64,000 bases of DNA from contig CAWJLN010000009.1 of the NCBI GenBank assembly GCA_963843735.1, forward strand, positions 398,574 to 462,573, given 5' to 3'. Each line of letters opens with the position of its first letter. The stretch's first letter is position 1. Origin of the DNA: an uncultured Gammaproteobacteria bacterium. GTDB lineage: Bacteria; Pseudomonadota; Gammaproteobacteria; JAKDMP01. Below the pieces are notes generated by a model. The model worked only from the letters and a program-made list of their open reading frames with translations, had not been told where the DNA came from and did not search any database. The translations under genes were made by a program, and so were the position numbers. This document shows positions 9,883-20,648 of this stretch, one piece after another.

Positions 9883-10959
9883 CTACCACTCATGTTCGTT
9901 TTCTTTCGGTGCTCGACCGACCACGCGCACATAGCCATCTTCAGTTCCGAATGCTCTTACGAGGTGCTCTATCCATGACCTTGTATAGAGATAGTCCCCG
10001 TGAGGTTCATCAAAAATGCAATGTTCGCTCCGAGTTATTTCCCGCTTCGTGTCGCCATATGGAGGACGCACTTTGAAATATTTCCATGCATTGGTGTGCG
10101 CATTCATTGATATCTTGAATGGAAGTCGCTCGTTTAGCTCACGGACCACATCGCTGGGCTTGAAAAGACCGAGATTGGCGATTGGTATCCGCTTTTCTTT
10201 GATGAGGACATTCAGTTTCTCTAGCCGGTCCAATTCTTCTGAGTTAGCTTCATCAACTTTAATGAACTTGATCGAAGCGTCAGCTGCGCCCTCGCGGTTT
10301 GTCACTTTCGGGACTAAATAGACGCTGAACGAATACTTCATGCTATTTAGGACATTACCAGGCAGACCACCACGGAATTTCTCTACATAATCTTGTACGG
10401 TCTTCACCGAAGATTTCACTGATCTTTTTGAGGCTGCCTTCTTTTCAGGAGGAATCTCCTGAGAGAATTGAAGCGCAACAGCCAGCTGTTCCGTTAGCGC
10501 ATACTTATTGCCAAAGTTCGTAACTATCATTTCCTCGAGGTTTAGCAAGGCAGCTTGGCATTCGCCGTATAGCGTGGGATCTAACTCTGGGAGATAGCGA
10601 TGTTCAATTTTATTCCGAAGGCCGATCAAGAATTCTAAATTCTTTCGCTCGGCAGGGTTATTAGAGACGAAGAACTGCTTTATGCATTCCGATAGATCCC
10701 AGTGTTTTGGTTCGCCGTCTATTTTTTGATAGCGTATGCCATTTCCGGAACCTGAATCTTTTTTCCGGTACCATGGTCGTTTTCTACGCTTATAGAAAAT
10801 GGCGTGGAACAACGCTGTCCAAGCTATGACAATCATAACTAGGTATTGCGCTGTTCTGAATCGTGGACCTGGTCGGTTGTAGGCGTCTACCGCGGCAAGC
10901 GAGGCTGCCTTGCACTTTTCCAAGTTGTCCCGGACCGCTTGGGAAAGTGCTTTTGGCAT
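9883..10959 (-). CDS. DUF3644 domain protein, putative HEPN nuclease
   Basis: N-terminus SLAAVDAYNRP..FRTAQYLVMIVIAWT..FHA is DUF3644-like; RNKIEH = RX4H motif; AT-rich; start likely ATG 10959 (frame open to 11019). Confidence 0.75.
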   Translation of the reverse strand: MPKALSQAVRDNLEKCKAASLAAVDAYNRPGPRFRTAQYLVMIVIAWTALFHAIFYKRRKRPWYRKKDSGSGNGIRYQKIDGEPKHWDLSECIKQFFVSNNPAERKNLEFLIGLRNKIEHRYLPELDPTLYGECQAALLNLEEMIVTNFGNKYALTEQLAVALQFSQEIPPEKKAASKRSVKSSVKTVQDYVEKFRGGLPGNVLNSMKYSFSVYLVPKVTNREGAADASIKFIKVDEANSEELDRLEKLNVLIKEKRIPIANLGLFKPSDVVRELNERLPFKISMNAHTNAWKYFKVRPPYGDTKREITRSEHCIFDEPHGDYLYTRSWIEHLVRAFGTEDGYVRVVGRAPKENEHEW

Positions 10960-11051
10960 GCGTTCGGCCGTAATGTATGTATATCGCCTAATGCAGAAGC
11001 TCATCGGCGACAATGACATGCAGTCGAATTGCCGTCTGATGGAGCGCCTTA

Positions 11052-11450
11052 TTAAGCTGTTTCTTGTACAAGTCTAACCCTTCGATTCTTCGCTTTGTAT
11101 TTTTCTATACGTTCACGCTTCTCAAGTATGTCAATGCTCCGCATGACCCTTCTCTCAAACACCATTCTGGGATTCCCGCGTGTTAATAGTCCTACTTCTT
11201 TGAGCACGCGAGATGTCAATGAACGTAGCGTACAAGACTGATTCGGGCACCGAGACAGAGCCTGAAGGATCGCATCCTGAATTTCTGTTGCTGATATTTT
11301 TTCTGCCCGACGCCCTGATGAACTGTTGCCATTTTCCTCGCCAACTAATGAGAAGTCCTCGTTACCGTCAATGTCGTCATCATCTTCGGAAACATCGGAA
11401 TGTAGCCCGTCGCCATTCTCTTCTGCCGTATCGTCTTCGTAGGCCACATT
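11052..11450 (-). pseudogene. Frameshift-separated C-terminal segment of the helicase-nuclease (acidic linker plus small helical domain)
   Basis: Overlaps the last codons of the 1520-aa ORF; adding one G in ACC GGG CG at about 11453 joins FPSHTG to ANVAYEDD. Confidence 0.6.
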
Positions 11451-14400
11451 CGCCCGGTATGACTTGGAAAGATCTCTCGTGCTTCTAACGCTTGCCAGAG
11501 TCCAGCAAGCGCATCAACCTTGTTGGCGTAAAAGGCTGATTCCCTAACACGGAAGAACTCCCACTCGCATCGCTCTAGTTGTCTTTGACGCTGCATATCA
11601 GCTTCATAACGGTCAGGTCCATGCCAGTGGTCGCCGTCGCACTCGACTGCCAACCGTGCTGCGCCACCCTCGACTACAAGATCAATGCGCTTACCTGCAA
11701 TTTCATACTGCGGAATGACGTTAAAATCCCGCCTTGCCAGTTCCAGCGCGACATCCACCTCGAACCAACTGTCAAACGGTTTAGGGGGCTTTACAACTTG
11801 GTGATTGTCTTGGAATGCTCTCCGCTCAAGTTCCTCGCGATCAATTCCGGCGATCTGATGTGGCTTTGTGTCCTGGAAGAACTCGAGTAGTCTCCGTCGT
11901 AAATCAAAGGTACTGAGATCGTCACAAGTCACGGAATGGAAAAGGATCATCTGATCACGAGCACGGCTGGCCGCGACATTGAAACGCCGTTCATCGGCCG
12001 CCTTTGTGAATGGGCCAATCCTTTCGTTGGTCGCCGCAACCATCGATAGCAGCATGACGTCGCGTTCGTCCCCCTGGAAGCTGTACGGATTCCCGCAAAT
12101 CAAGCGTCGTCGCTCCATTTCCTCAGCGCCCAACCGCTCTAGCAACTGGCCTTCAATCAAGGTCGCTTGCGCCTCACCCTGAAGAATAACCACACCCATG
12201 GACTTATTCTTATACCGACTGTCACCGCACAGTTCTACGATCTTTTCGACGGCGGCTTTGGCCTCCAGAAGATTGATCGTCCGATTATTCGAACCTTCGC
12301 GATACCCCGCATCTACGAAGATATGTTCGAGGGGGATTAATCGGTCTGGCCCATATTGCCTCAAGGGGATCAGCGGCGTATCGGAATAGCAAAGGTCATT
12401 GCTGAAGCGGATAATCTCCGGCATGCAGCGAAAATGCTCGCGCAAAGTAATTCGTCGAGTCCCATAGCGCAGTTTCCCGTGGTCGAACAGGCTGCTCTCG
12501 ACGTCGAATGATGACTTGAACTGAAAATCGTGCAGATATTCTCCTATTAGACGATGCACTGCATCACGAGGCAACCCCACAGCCTCCGGGCTTATCTGCT
12601 TGTCATCGCCAACGATCAATATTTTCTTAGCAAGATAGAACAATGAAAGCGCCTCTACCCCGCACTGCGAAGCCTCGTCAACGATGATGACGTCGAACAT
12701 TCCCGGCGCAGGGTCCACCGTATCCCAGACCCGATGTAACGGCATTACCCATGCGGGGACCGCCTCACGGCATTGATTAAGATGCTGTTGGGCTTCTCGT
12801 CTGTGGCGCGGCGCGTGCTTTCCTGTGCCTTTTCCAAGCCGCCGCATGGACTGTTGCCAAGCTTCCATGTGACGGCGATGGTCTTCCTCGAGCCTTGAAA
12901 AACAGAACAACCAGGCATGTAGTGAAGCGAGTTTCGCGATCGTGCTACCGATCTCATCCTCAATTTGTTTGGCACGCTTGTTAAGAGCAGGAGCATCCTC
13001 CTGTCTGATGTATTCTTCGATCCAGTATCGAGCCTGTGACCAATGCCAGGCGTCTTCTATATGTAGAAGTCGTTCGTCCCAATATGGTTCGCCACAAGTT
13101 CGTTTCAAGTTATCCGTGAGGATCGGGAGAAGACTCTGTAATTTTGAAAGATATCCATCCACTCTTCGAAGGTGATGACGTTCCTTCTCTAACTCCTGAA
13201 CCTTGCTCGCACCCTGCTCGAATTCATTGATGTTGCGATCACGAATTGCGCCTAGAAATTCGCTCGTAACAGGATGCGCATCGCTGTTGTTGGCGATCGA
13301 CGATACCGGAGCCTCGATGTTTCGCAATTCCTTTCCTGCAAGCCGTTTGACGTAACTGGCCTGTGCAAGTTGACACGAGGCAATCAAGCTTTCAACCTGA
13401 GATTCGTCAGCCCAAGTAGGTTCGCCTATATCAGGACACTGATGCAACACCTTGCGGCAGTTATCAATAAGTTCATCAAGCGACAAGACCATTCCGAGAG
13501 CGTCGCACAATGACTTGAACATGCTCAGTTGCAAAGCGTAAGGTCCGTGCGTCTTATGGGATCGCTGTGCCCAAAATCCCCATGCCTTATCACACGCAAC
13601 TCGAACATGCAAAGCATCACAGAGAACGGAAAAATGTTCGATCGTGGAGCAAGGATGTCCACCAACGCGCACAATCTTGATGGCATGAAGGTGCTCTTTC
13701 ACTGCTTTGGGGCGAAATGGCCCCCAGCCCAACCCCCCGCCATTCTCCATGTGCTGTTTCAATTTGCAGGCATCTTCATAAAGTGTTCTGATATCGATCG
13801 TGGTAGAGAATTCGATACTGGTGTCGTCCGCTATTTGGATCAGCGGTTCGATGGATGCGATCGTGTCTCTCGTGACGCGGGAGAGCTCACGCCACAAGGT
13901 TGAATTGCCTGCCAAGACATCGCGCAGGGCATCACGCATCCACGCGTGCGGTGATGCCAGCAGGTTTTTGCGGGCAACTTGAAAATCTGAAAGTGTCCGA
14001 CGAATCTGCTCAATGATCGGCGTATCGCTCCGCGATAACAGATCGGCGGTACGTTCATCAGCCCCATTCGCCGAGATGTGTTCTTCCTCAATCGCCCTTG
14101 CTTCGCTTTGAACTAGATCGGAGAAATGTTGGGCGGTTGGGAGAGATTCGGGCCAAACAAGTTTCAATTCTCCGCATTTTTCCGATGTGAAGTGGCGAAG
14201 ATGGGCGAGAACGTTACGCAAATCGTTTGCAGATATCGTGCAAGTTCTATCCAGAGGGATAGTATCCGTGAACCACTTATAGGCATCACTGTCACGGTTG
14301 ACGGCTTCCGCGATTCGGGCTGCCGTGCCTTGGTAAGTTCCATTCGCAATGGATTGTGTATGCGTTTCGGATTCCCGGATGTCGCGAAGACGCCGATTGA

Positions 14401-15907
14401 CCTTGGTTTTCTCTTCCCGAAGAGTTCTGAGTCGCTCTTCAAGTTCCGTGAGTTCTTGCTTGGAACGTTCTTCATTCCACTCCGCCTTCTTGCGAAGAAT
14501 GCCGCCAACGCTGGATTCCAGTGAACGGCGTTCCTCAAGACCGCTTCCAAGTAAATTGATGCAGAGCGGGCGCAATTCAGACGGCACCAACCCTTCAAGG
14601 ACCTGGAGCGCACGCGGGGTCTTGGCCGTGATGAGTATTCGCTGTCCCGTGGCGAGCAAATGACAAATTAGATTCGCGATCGTATGAGATTTTCCCGTGC
14701 CCGGCGGCCCCTGTACAAGAACGCCGCTGGCCGACCGAATCTTGTCCACAATGTGACGTTGCTCATCGTTAGATGGCTTCGGGAAGAAGATTTCTCCATC
14801 AAATTGCCGGTCAGGCTCTTGCGGACTATCGTCCGGTTCTCGATCATCTTCCGGTCGAACTTCGGCGAGGTCCGCAAATTCTCCGGGTATGCCTTCACCG
14901 TTTTCGATCCGCTCCTTTATCCGCTTCAGGGTTTCGGTAAGGCCTTTGGCGGAACGCTTACGCAGGATCAAAGCGGGAGCGTGTTCGACTATCGGCTTTT
15001 CTGAGGCACGAACATTTTTCGCTTCCAAGGTGTCGTTATACTCGCCCTGCGAGCTGATTGAATGCACCAGCGCTTGAAGTAGGCCTTCTGTGCAGCTCTT
15101 TTCCCACGGGTTGTCGTCGGCTTGGATCAGCGAAGATTTCGCGGTTTCCTCCGCACGCGGAGGCTGTTCCGCAGGATCCAACATATCGAGTTCAGGTCTG
15201 AGTTTGGCGCCTTCGGCATGAGGGCGAATGGTGAATTTTCCCAGACGGGCTTCAAACTCCAGAATGGCATTAGCGACAATCAAGTGACGCCGAACGCGCT
15301 GTCCGCTAGGCGTCTGCCACGTCAATAGGCCTATACCGAGTACGAGTTCGTATTCCTCGCCAAGCCTAAGCTGTTCTTGATGTATCGCGAAGAGCGCGGA
15401 ATAGATCTTGTGAATTCCTTCCCACCTATTATGTTCTTCCGTCCATGGTAGCCACTTATCTTCGACGTAATGATCCCATGCGCGCCGAACTTCGGGATGT
15501 TCCTCAAGACGATCGGTAATTGATATGACTTCAGGTTGATCTGATCCTTCGCGCCAATCCGGGTTTTGCACTTGACGAGTAATTTGCTGAAGAAGTTCAG
15601 GTAAGTCGTTTTTGTTGCGAAGCGCAGACTGATTCACCCAGTCTTTACATTGAGCGGGAATGATGGGTAATTGCGGCTCTGGGCGTTTTTGCACTTCAAG
15701 CCACTCGTCCGGCTCATGTTCCTCATCGTTTCCCCATGCCTGCGTGAAGCATCCCCACTCGCGTGGAATTTCTGAAACCCAAAGTACATTCTCGTACTCT
15801 GTAACGTTTCGGATCACCTTCGTGCGCAGTAAAGCCAGCCGCGTTAAATAGTCAACGAGCCGAATGGCTTTCTGCACTACAAGGCTATGTGTTTTCCGAT
15901 CGTTCAA
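11345..15907 (-). CDS. Superfamily 1 (Dna2/Nam7/Upf1-like) helicase fused to Vsr/DUF559-like endonuclease
   Basis: QGPPGTGKS (Walker A), IIVDEASQ (Walker B), VGDDKQ, LREHFRC, SFQGDERD, RFNVAASRAR; C-terminal RIDL..LAVECDGDHWH..D..RQRQLE nuclease motif. Confidence 0.88.
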   Translation of the reverse strand: MNDRKTHSLVVQKAIRLVDYLTRLALLRTKVIRNVTEYENVLWVSEIPREWGCFTQAWGNDEEHEPDEWLEVQKRPEPQLPIIPAQCKDWVNQSALRNKNDLPELLQQITRQVQNPDWREGSDQPEVISITDRLEEHPEVRRAWDHYVEDKWLPWTEEHNRWEGIHKIYSALFAIHQEQLRLGEEYELVLGIGLLTWQTPSGQRVRRHLIVANAILEFEARLGKFTIRPHAEGAKLRPELDMLDPAEQPPRAEETAKSSLIQADDNPWEKSCTEGLLQALVHSISSQGEYNDTLEAKNVRASEKPIVEHAPALILRKRSAKGLTETLKRIKERIENGEGIPGEFADLAEVRPEDDREPDDSPQEPDRQFDGEIFFPKPSNDEQRHIVDKIRSASGVLVQGPPGTGKSHTIANLICHLLATGQRILITAKTPRALQVLEGLVPSELRPLCINLLGSGLEERRSLESSVGGILRKKAEWNEERSKQELTELEERLRTLREEKTKVNRRLRDIRESETHTQSIANGTYQGTAARIAEAVNRDSDAYKWFTDTIPLDRTCTISANDLRNVLAHLRHFTSEKCGELKLVWPESLPTAQHFSDLVQSEARAIEEEHISANGADERTADLLSRSDTPIIEQIRRTLSDFQVARKNLLASPHAWMRDALRDVLAGNSTLWRELSRVTRDTIASIEPLIQIADDTSIEFSTTIDIRTLYEDACKLKQHMENGGGLGWGPFRPKAVKEHLHAIKIVRVGGHPCSTIEHFSVLCDALHVRVACDKAWGFWAQRSHKTHGPYALQLSMFKSLCDALGMVLSLDELIDNCRKVLHQCPDIGEPTWADESQVESLIASCQLAQASYVKRLAGKELRNIEAPVSSIANNSDAHPVTSEFLGAIRDRNINEFEQGASKVQELEKERHHLRRVDGYLSKLQSLLPILTDNLKRTCGEPYWDERLLHIEDAWHWSQARYWIEEYIRQEDAPALNKRAKQIEDEIGSTIAKLASLHAWLFCFSRLEEDHRRHMEAWQQSMRRLGKGTGKHAPRHRREAQQHLNQCREAVPAWVMPLHRVWDTVDPAPGMFDVIIVDEASQCGVEALSLFYLAKKILIVGDDKQISPEAVGLPRDAVHRLIGEYLHDFQFKSSFDVESSLFDHGKLRYGTRRITLREHFRCMPEIIRFSNDLCYSDTPLIPLRQYGPDRLIPLEHIFVDAGYREGSNNRTINLLEAKAAVEKIVELCGDSRYKNKSMGVVILQGEAQATLIEGQLLERLGAEEMERRRLICGNPYSFQGDERDVMLLSMVAATNERIGPFTKAADERRFNVAASRARDQMILFHSVTCDDLSTFDLRRRLLEFFQDTKPHQIAGIDREELERRAFQDNHQVVKPPKPFDSWFEVDVALELARRDFNVIPQYEIAGKRIDLVVEGGAARLAVECDGDHWHGPDRYEADMQRQRQLERCEWEFFRVRESAFYANKVDALAGLWQALEAREIFPSHTGRMWPTKTIRQKRMATGYIPMFPKMMTTLTVTRTSH

Positions 15908-16343
15908 GAATGCCCCGTCCCTGATTTTTCAGGCTAATGCCAACTAGACCTTAATGTGACACCTGATAAGGCGTATTGACGCATAGCTTAAGTATAGTCG
16001 CTATGTGTCATTTTTGGGATCGAAACGGTCATGAAACATGAAGGGATTAGCTGTTAGAACATAAAAGTCTTGAAATCACTGCTTTTTGGGGCGCTGTCGG
16101 TCGTTATGAATCTGCTGTATTCCGTTTGCCGAGGTTGGCCGGGCGATTCATATGGCGATCGGTTTGGGGTTGAGCGGCGGCGCCTGAGCAGGCGCGACCT
16201 TCCCCACCACCCGCGTCCGCATGGGTAGCGTCGTGCAGGCATCCTGGTTGCCTGCGGGGAAGACTATAAAGGCAGGCATTAATATACGCATAAGGAAGCT
16301 TTGCTTTAGGCGTAGCCGATGAACCCGATCGAGGGAACGCCGG

Positions 16344-19040
16344 ATGGATGAGCGAACCGTCGAATTTGCGGCCAAGGACGCGGGCCTGCGCGACGACGTC
16401 AACCTGCTCGGCCGCCTCGTCGGCGAAATGCTCAGTGAACAGGGCGGCGAGGCCTTGTTCGCCCGTGTCGAGAAGGTGCGCGCCGCAGCCATTGCGCGGC
16501 GCGAAGGCAGCGACAAGAACGGTCTGGAGCGCGAACTCACCGGGCTGACACCCGCAGAGGCAAGCGAGCTGGTGCGCGCGTTTTCGGCGTATTTTCAGGT
16601 GGTTAATCTGGCCGAGCGCGTGCACCGGATCCGCCGCCGTCGAGACTACGAACGCGAGAGCAAGGCGCCGCAACCCGAGGGCTTGGAAGACAGTCTGCTG
16701 AAGCTGCGTGACATGAACTTCGATGCAGCCTCCGTGCAGACGCTCCTCAACGATCTTCGCATCGACCCGGTATTTACGGCGCATCCCACAGAAGCCACGC
16801 GGCGCACGGTACTGGAAAAACAGCAACGCCTCGCACAGGCTTTGATCGAACGTCTCGATCCGGCGCTTACGCCGCGCGAGAAGCATTCGCTGCTCGAACG
16901 GATGCGTACGGAAATTACCTCCACCTGGCAGACCGAAGAGCATCCTGAGGCACGGATGACGGTCGCCAACGAACGCGAACACGTGTTGTTTTACCTGACC
17001 GACATCCTGTATCGCGTGCTGCCGGTGTTTTACGAACGTCTCGGCGAGGCGCTCGCGCATATCGGAATCAATGTCGAACCCGCCGATCTGCCCGTCATCG
17101 TGCGCTTCGGTTCCTGGGTGGGCGGCGACATGGACGGCAATCCCAACGTCACTGCGGCGACGATGCGCGAAACCCTCCGTGATCATCGTCAGCGTGTATT
17201 GATCCTGTATCGCCGCGATCTGGAATCCCTGTACCGTGGGCTCAGCCAGTCGAGCGAACGCATCGGCTTCGACGATGCGGTGATCGCGCGCGCTGACGAC
17301 TATGCGCAACGATTTCCCGAAATCGAACGGAAAATCCCCGCGCGTCATACCGACATGCCGTACCGCCGTCTTTTGGCGCATGTGCGGGCGCGCGTTGCGG
17401 CGAGCGCAACCGGGCAGCCCGGCGCTTATGCGAATGCCGACGGCTTACTCGACGATCTGCGTCTGATCCGTGCCAGCCTGCTGCATCACTTGGGGCGACA
17501 TGCGGGACTGTTCGCGCTGGATCGTTTGATCCGCAAGGTTGAAACCTTCGGCTTTCATCTCGCGACGCTCGACATACGCCAGGACGCGCTGGTGCACCGC
17601 AAGGCCGTCGGCCGATTGCTGGACGATGCCGGCTGGGTGGGAAAGTCGGCCGCCGAACGCACCGCAGCCTTGCGCGCCGGCGTCGAAAAGCGCGCCGAGG
17701 CCGACGAAATTTCAACGCCGGTGCTGAAAGTATTTCAAACCTTGCGCGAAGCACGCGATGAATACGGTCCGCGCGCCATCGGTCCCTACATCATCAGCAT
17801 GGCGCAGGGCGCCGACGATGTGTTCGGCGTCCTGTGGCTGGCCGAACAGGCGGGGCTGCGCGATGACGACAGACGGATTCCGCTGGATGTCGCGCCGCTC
17901 TTCGAAACGGTCGCCGATTTGCGCGGTGCCGCCGACGTCATGCAGGGTCTTTTCGAAGATCCGGCTTACCGTGCGCACTTGAAAGCGCGCGGCGATCACC
18001 AGATAATCATGGTCGGCTATTCCGACAGCAACAAGGACGGCGGACTTGCCGCCGCGCGCTGGGCGCTTTATCAGGCGCAGACGCGTCTCGCCGAAGTCTG
18101 CGCACAGGCCGGCGTCGCGCTCACCATCTTTCACGGCCGTGGCGGCACCACCAGCCGCGGCGGCGGCCGCACGCATCGTGCGGTACTCGCATCGCCGGCG
18201 GGCACGGTGCAGGATCGTCTGCGCGTGACCGAACAGGGCGAAATCATCAACGCCAAGTATGGGCTGCGCGGCATTGCGCTCAGAACCCTGGAGCAAAGCG
18301 CCGGCGCGGTCTTGCTCGCGACTGCCAAGGAACGCGCCGGAACCAAGCGCCCGGACGGCGCCGATGCGATGATGGATGTGCTCGCGCCGGCCAGTCGCAA
18401 GGCCTTTCGCGCGCTTGTTTACGATAGCCCCGACTTCGTCGAATACTTCCGCAGCGCCACGCCGATAGACGTGATCGAGCGCATGAAGATCGGTTCGCGT
18501 CCGGCTTCGCGGCGCGGCCAATCCGGCGTCGAAGATCTCCGCGCCATTCCCTGGGTATTTTCCTGGACGCAGTCGCGCCAGATCATCACCGGCTGGTACG
18601 GACTCGGTACCGGACTCGCGGCCGCCGCCGAAGCGCACGGCGAAGAACTGCTATGTAAACTCGCCAGAGAATGGCGCTTCTTCGACGCGCTGCTCGACGA
18701 TGCGGAAATGGTGCTCGCGAAATCCGACATGCCGATCGCCGAACGCTATGCGGCACTTGCCGGCCCGAAGCTCGCGCATCACTTCGCGGCGATCCGCGAA
18801 GAATACGATCGCACGGTCGAATGGATCATGCGTCTGCGCGGTCAGAATCAACTGTTAGACGGCGATCCGACGCTGCAACGCTCGATTCGCCTGCGCAATC
18901 CCTACGTGGACCCCATGAGCCTGCTGCAAGTGGATTTGCTCGCGCGCTGGCGCGAACAGGATCGTCCCGACGGCGTGCTGCTCGACGCGCTCTTTGCCAC
19001 CGTCAACGGCATCGCCCAGGGCCTGCAAAACACCGGTTAA
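16344..19040 (+). CDS. ppc: Phosphoenolpyruvate carboxylase
   Basis: VFTAHPTE, GGDMDGNP, MVGYSDSNKDGG, FHGRGG, LRAIPWVF, LRNPY motifs; 898 aa. Confidence 0.97.
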   Translation: MDERTVEFAAKDAGLRDDVNLLGRLVGEMLSEQGGEALFARVEKVRAAAIARREGSDKNGLERELTGLTPAEASELVRAFSAYFQVVNLAERVHRIRRRRDYERESKAPQPEGLEDSLLKLRDMNFDAASVQTLLNDLRIDPVFTAHPTEATRRTVLEKQQRLAQALIERLDPALTPREKHSLLERMRTEITSTWQTEEHPEARMTVANEREHVLFYLTDILYRVLPVFYERLGEALAHIGINVEPADLPVIVRFGSWVGGDMDGNPNVTAATMRETLRDHRQRVLILYRRDLESLYRGLSQSSERIGFDDAVIARADDYAQRFPEIERKIPARHTDMPYRRLLAHVRARVAASATGQPGAYANADGLLDDLRLIRASLLHHLGRHAGLFALDRLIRKVETFGFHLATLDIRQDALVHRKAVGRLLDDAGWVGKSAAERTAALRAGVEKRAEADEISTPVLKVFQTLREARDEYGPRAIGPYIISMAQGADDVFGVLWLAEQAGLRDDDRRIPLDVAPLFETVADLRGAADVMQGLFEDPAYRAHLKARGDHQIIMVGYSDSNKDGGLAAARWALYQAQTRLAEVCAQAGVALTIFHGRGGTTSRGGGRTHRAVLASPAGTVQDRLRVTEQGEIINAKYGLRGIALRTLEQSAGAVLLATAKERAGTKRPDGADAMMDVLAPASRKAFRALVYDSPDFVEYFRSATPIDVIERMKIGSRPASRRGQSGVEDLRAIPWVFSWTQSRQIITGWYGLGTGLAAAAEAHGEELLCKLAREWRFFDALLDDAEMVLAKSDMPIAERYAALAGPKLAHHFAAIREEYDRTVEWIMRLRGQNQLLDGDPTLQRSIRLRNPYVDPMSLLQVDLLARWREQDRPDGVLLDALFATVNGIAQGLQNTG

Positions 19041-19105
19041 ACGTACCGCAGTAACTGTTTGTGTTTCTGCGGTTCCATTAGAGATCTAAATTGTCTCCAA
19101 TGAAT

Positions 19106-19528
19106 CTATGATTCGTCGTTCACTACTGGTTGCGGTGCTCCGCCCGGTATCCGCGCCGACCAGCGAACGCATATATATCCGACCAACGCACCTCCCACAA
19201 CAGCGGCACCAGACCATAGGCAGTCCTCTCGCAGTCCTCCGGTTATCCCGTTTTCCAATCTGCTGAGAATATTGTAGGCTAAGAATGCGACGCCTGAAAA
19301 AAATAAAACGATAGTCGCAAATAGGCCGCGCCTAGGGGCAACAAGCATGCCTATAAACATGAATAATCCTGCACACAGCATGGCTTCCAGCGCGATAACT
19401 GCATCAAAAATCCACTCTGGCGCGTTCGGTGCCAAAATCATTCCTGAAAGCATCATAAGCATAATCGCGTATCCAACGGTTTGAAATGCCGCAGGTATGA
19501 AAAATATCCATCTCACTACATTAATCAT
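19106..19528 (-). CDS. Hypothetical AT-rich membrane protein
   Basis: Four hydrophobic segments; composition differs from flanks; start ambiguous (19528 or 19537). Confidence 0.6.
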   Translation of the reverse strand: MINVVRWIFFIPAAFQTVGYAIMLMMLSGMILAPNAPEWIFDAVIALEAMLCAGLFMFIGMLVAPRRGLFATIVLFFSGVAFLAYNILSRLENGITGGLREDCLWSGAAVVGGALVGYICVRWSARIPGGAPQPVVNDES

Positions 19529-19575
19529 GTTTCTCAAAATTTAGTTATGTTTAATACGGAAGTTGATGCTTGCTA

Positions 19576-20496
19576 TCAGGGGTGCTTGACAAAAAGCGGA
19601 TTGTTGTCGGGGAGCGGGATGAACTCGGTTTCTCCCGGCACGCGCGCGAAACGTCCGGCCTTCCAGTCGGCTTTGGCCTGTTCGATGCGCTCGCGCGAGC
19701 TGGATACGAAATTCCACCAGACGTGCCGGTCGCCGTCCATCGTTTCGCCGCCAAGCAGCATCAGGCGCACCGGCGACGAGTGCGCCTGTAATTCGATCGG
19801 CGCGCCGCGCTTGAATACAACCAGACGGCCGGCGGCGAAGCTGTCGCTCCCGATCTGCACCGAGCCGTCGAGAATGTACGCCGCGCGTTCCTCGTAATCC
19901 GCCGGAACTTGCAGCGATGCGCCCGGTTCCAGAGTCACGTCGGCGTAGAACATTTCCGAGAGCGTCGCGACCGGCGAATGTTCGCCGTAAAGCGAGCCGG
20001 CAATCAGTCTGACGCGCTTGCCTTCCGCTTCGATCACAGGCAGGTCTTTGTCCGCGTGATGCACGAATGCGGGCGCCGTCTCTTCGTATTGTTTCGGCAG
20101 CGCGACCCACGATTGAATGCCGAAAAGAGGGTTCTCGGCCGGACGCATTTCATTCGGCGTGCGTTCGGAGTGAACGATGCCGCTGCCGGCGGTCATCCAG
20201 TTGACGGCGCCGGGGTGTATCGGCTGCACGCTGCCGAGACTGTCGCGGTGAAGAATCTCGCCGGTAAAAAGATAGGTTACGGTCGCAAGACCGATGTGTG
20301 GATGAGGGCGCACGTCGAGTCCCGTATTTGGCGCTAAAATCGTCGGCCCAAACTGATCGAAAAACACGAACGGTCCCACCATACGTCTTTGCACGGACGG
20401 CAGTGCACGCTGCACCGTAAAGCCGCCGCCGATATCGTTGCTGCGCGGAACGACCACGATTTCGACATCGGCGGATGGGAAGGTTTCATCGGCCAT
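19576..20496 (-). CDS. Pirin family protein
   Basis: [44 protein letters not shown]. Confidence 0.95.
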   Translation of the reverse strand: MADETFPSADVEIVVVPRSNDIGGGFTVQRALPSVQRRMVGPFVFFDQFGPTILAPNTGLDVRPHPHIGLATVTYLFTGEILHRDSLGSVQPIHPGAVNWMTAGSGIVHSERTPNEMRPAENPLFGIQSWVALPKQYEETAPAFVHHADKDLPVIEAEGKRVRLIAGSLYGEHSPVATLSEMFYADVTLEPGASLQVPADYEERAAYILDGSVQIGSDSFAAGRLVVFKRGAPIELQAHSSPVRLMLLGGETMDGDRHVWWNFVSSSRERIEQAKADWKAGRFARVPGETEFIPLPDNNPLFVKHP

Positions 20497-20584
20497 TGAT
20501 CGTGTCTCCGCTCGGTCGTCACATTATAGGCGTCGTTTTGAAGCAGGCGTCCGTGTCTTTGCTTTGCCCATACCGCAGGCAAAT

Positions 20585-20614
20585 AAAAAGCCCCGCCGCT
20601 AACGACGGGGCTTT
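20585..20614 (-). terminator. Rho-independent terminator of the RRM gene
   Basis: On the minus strand: GCCCCG-rich stem followed by TTTTT, about 35 nt after the stop. Confidence 0.75.
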
Positions 20615-20648
20615 CGTATCTGATTCGAATCAGACCCGGCTCAGGCTC

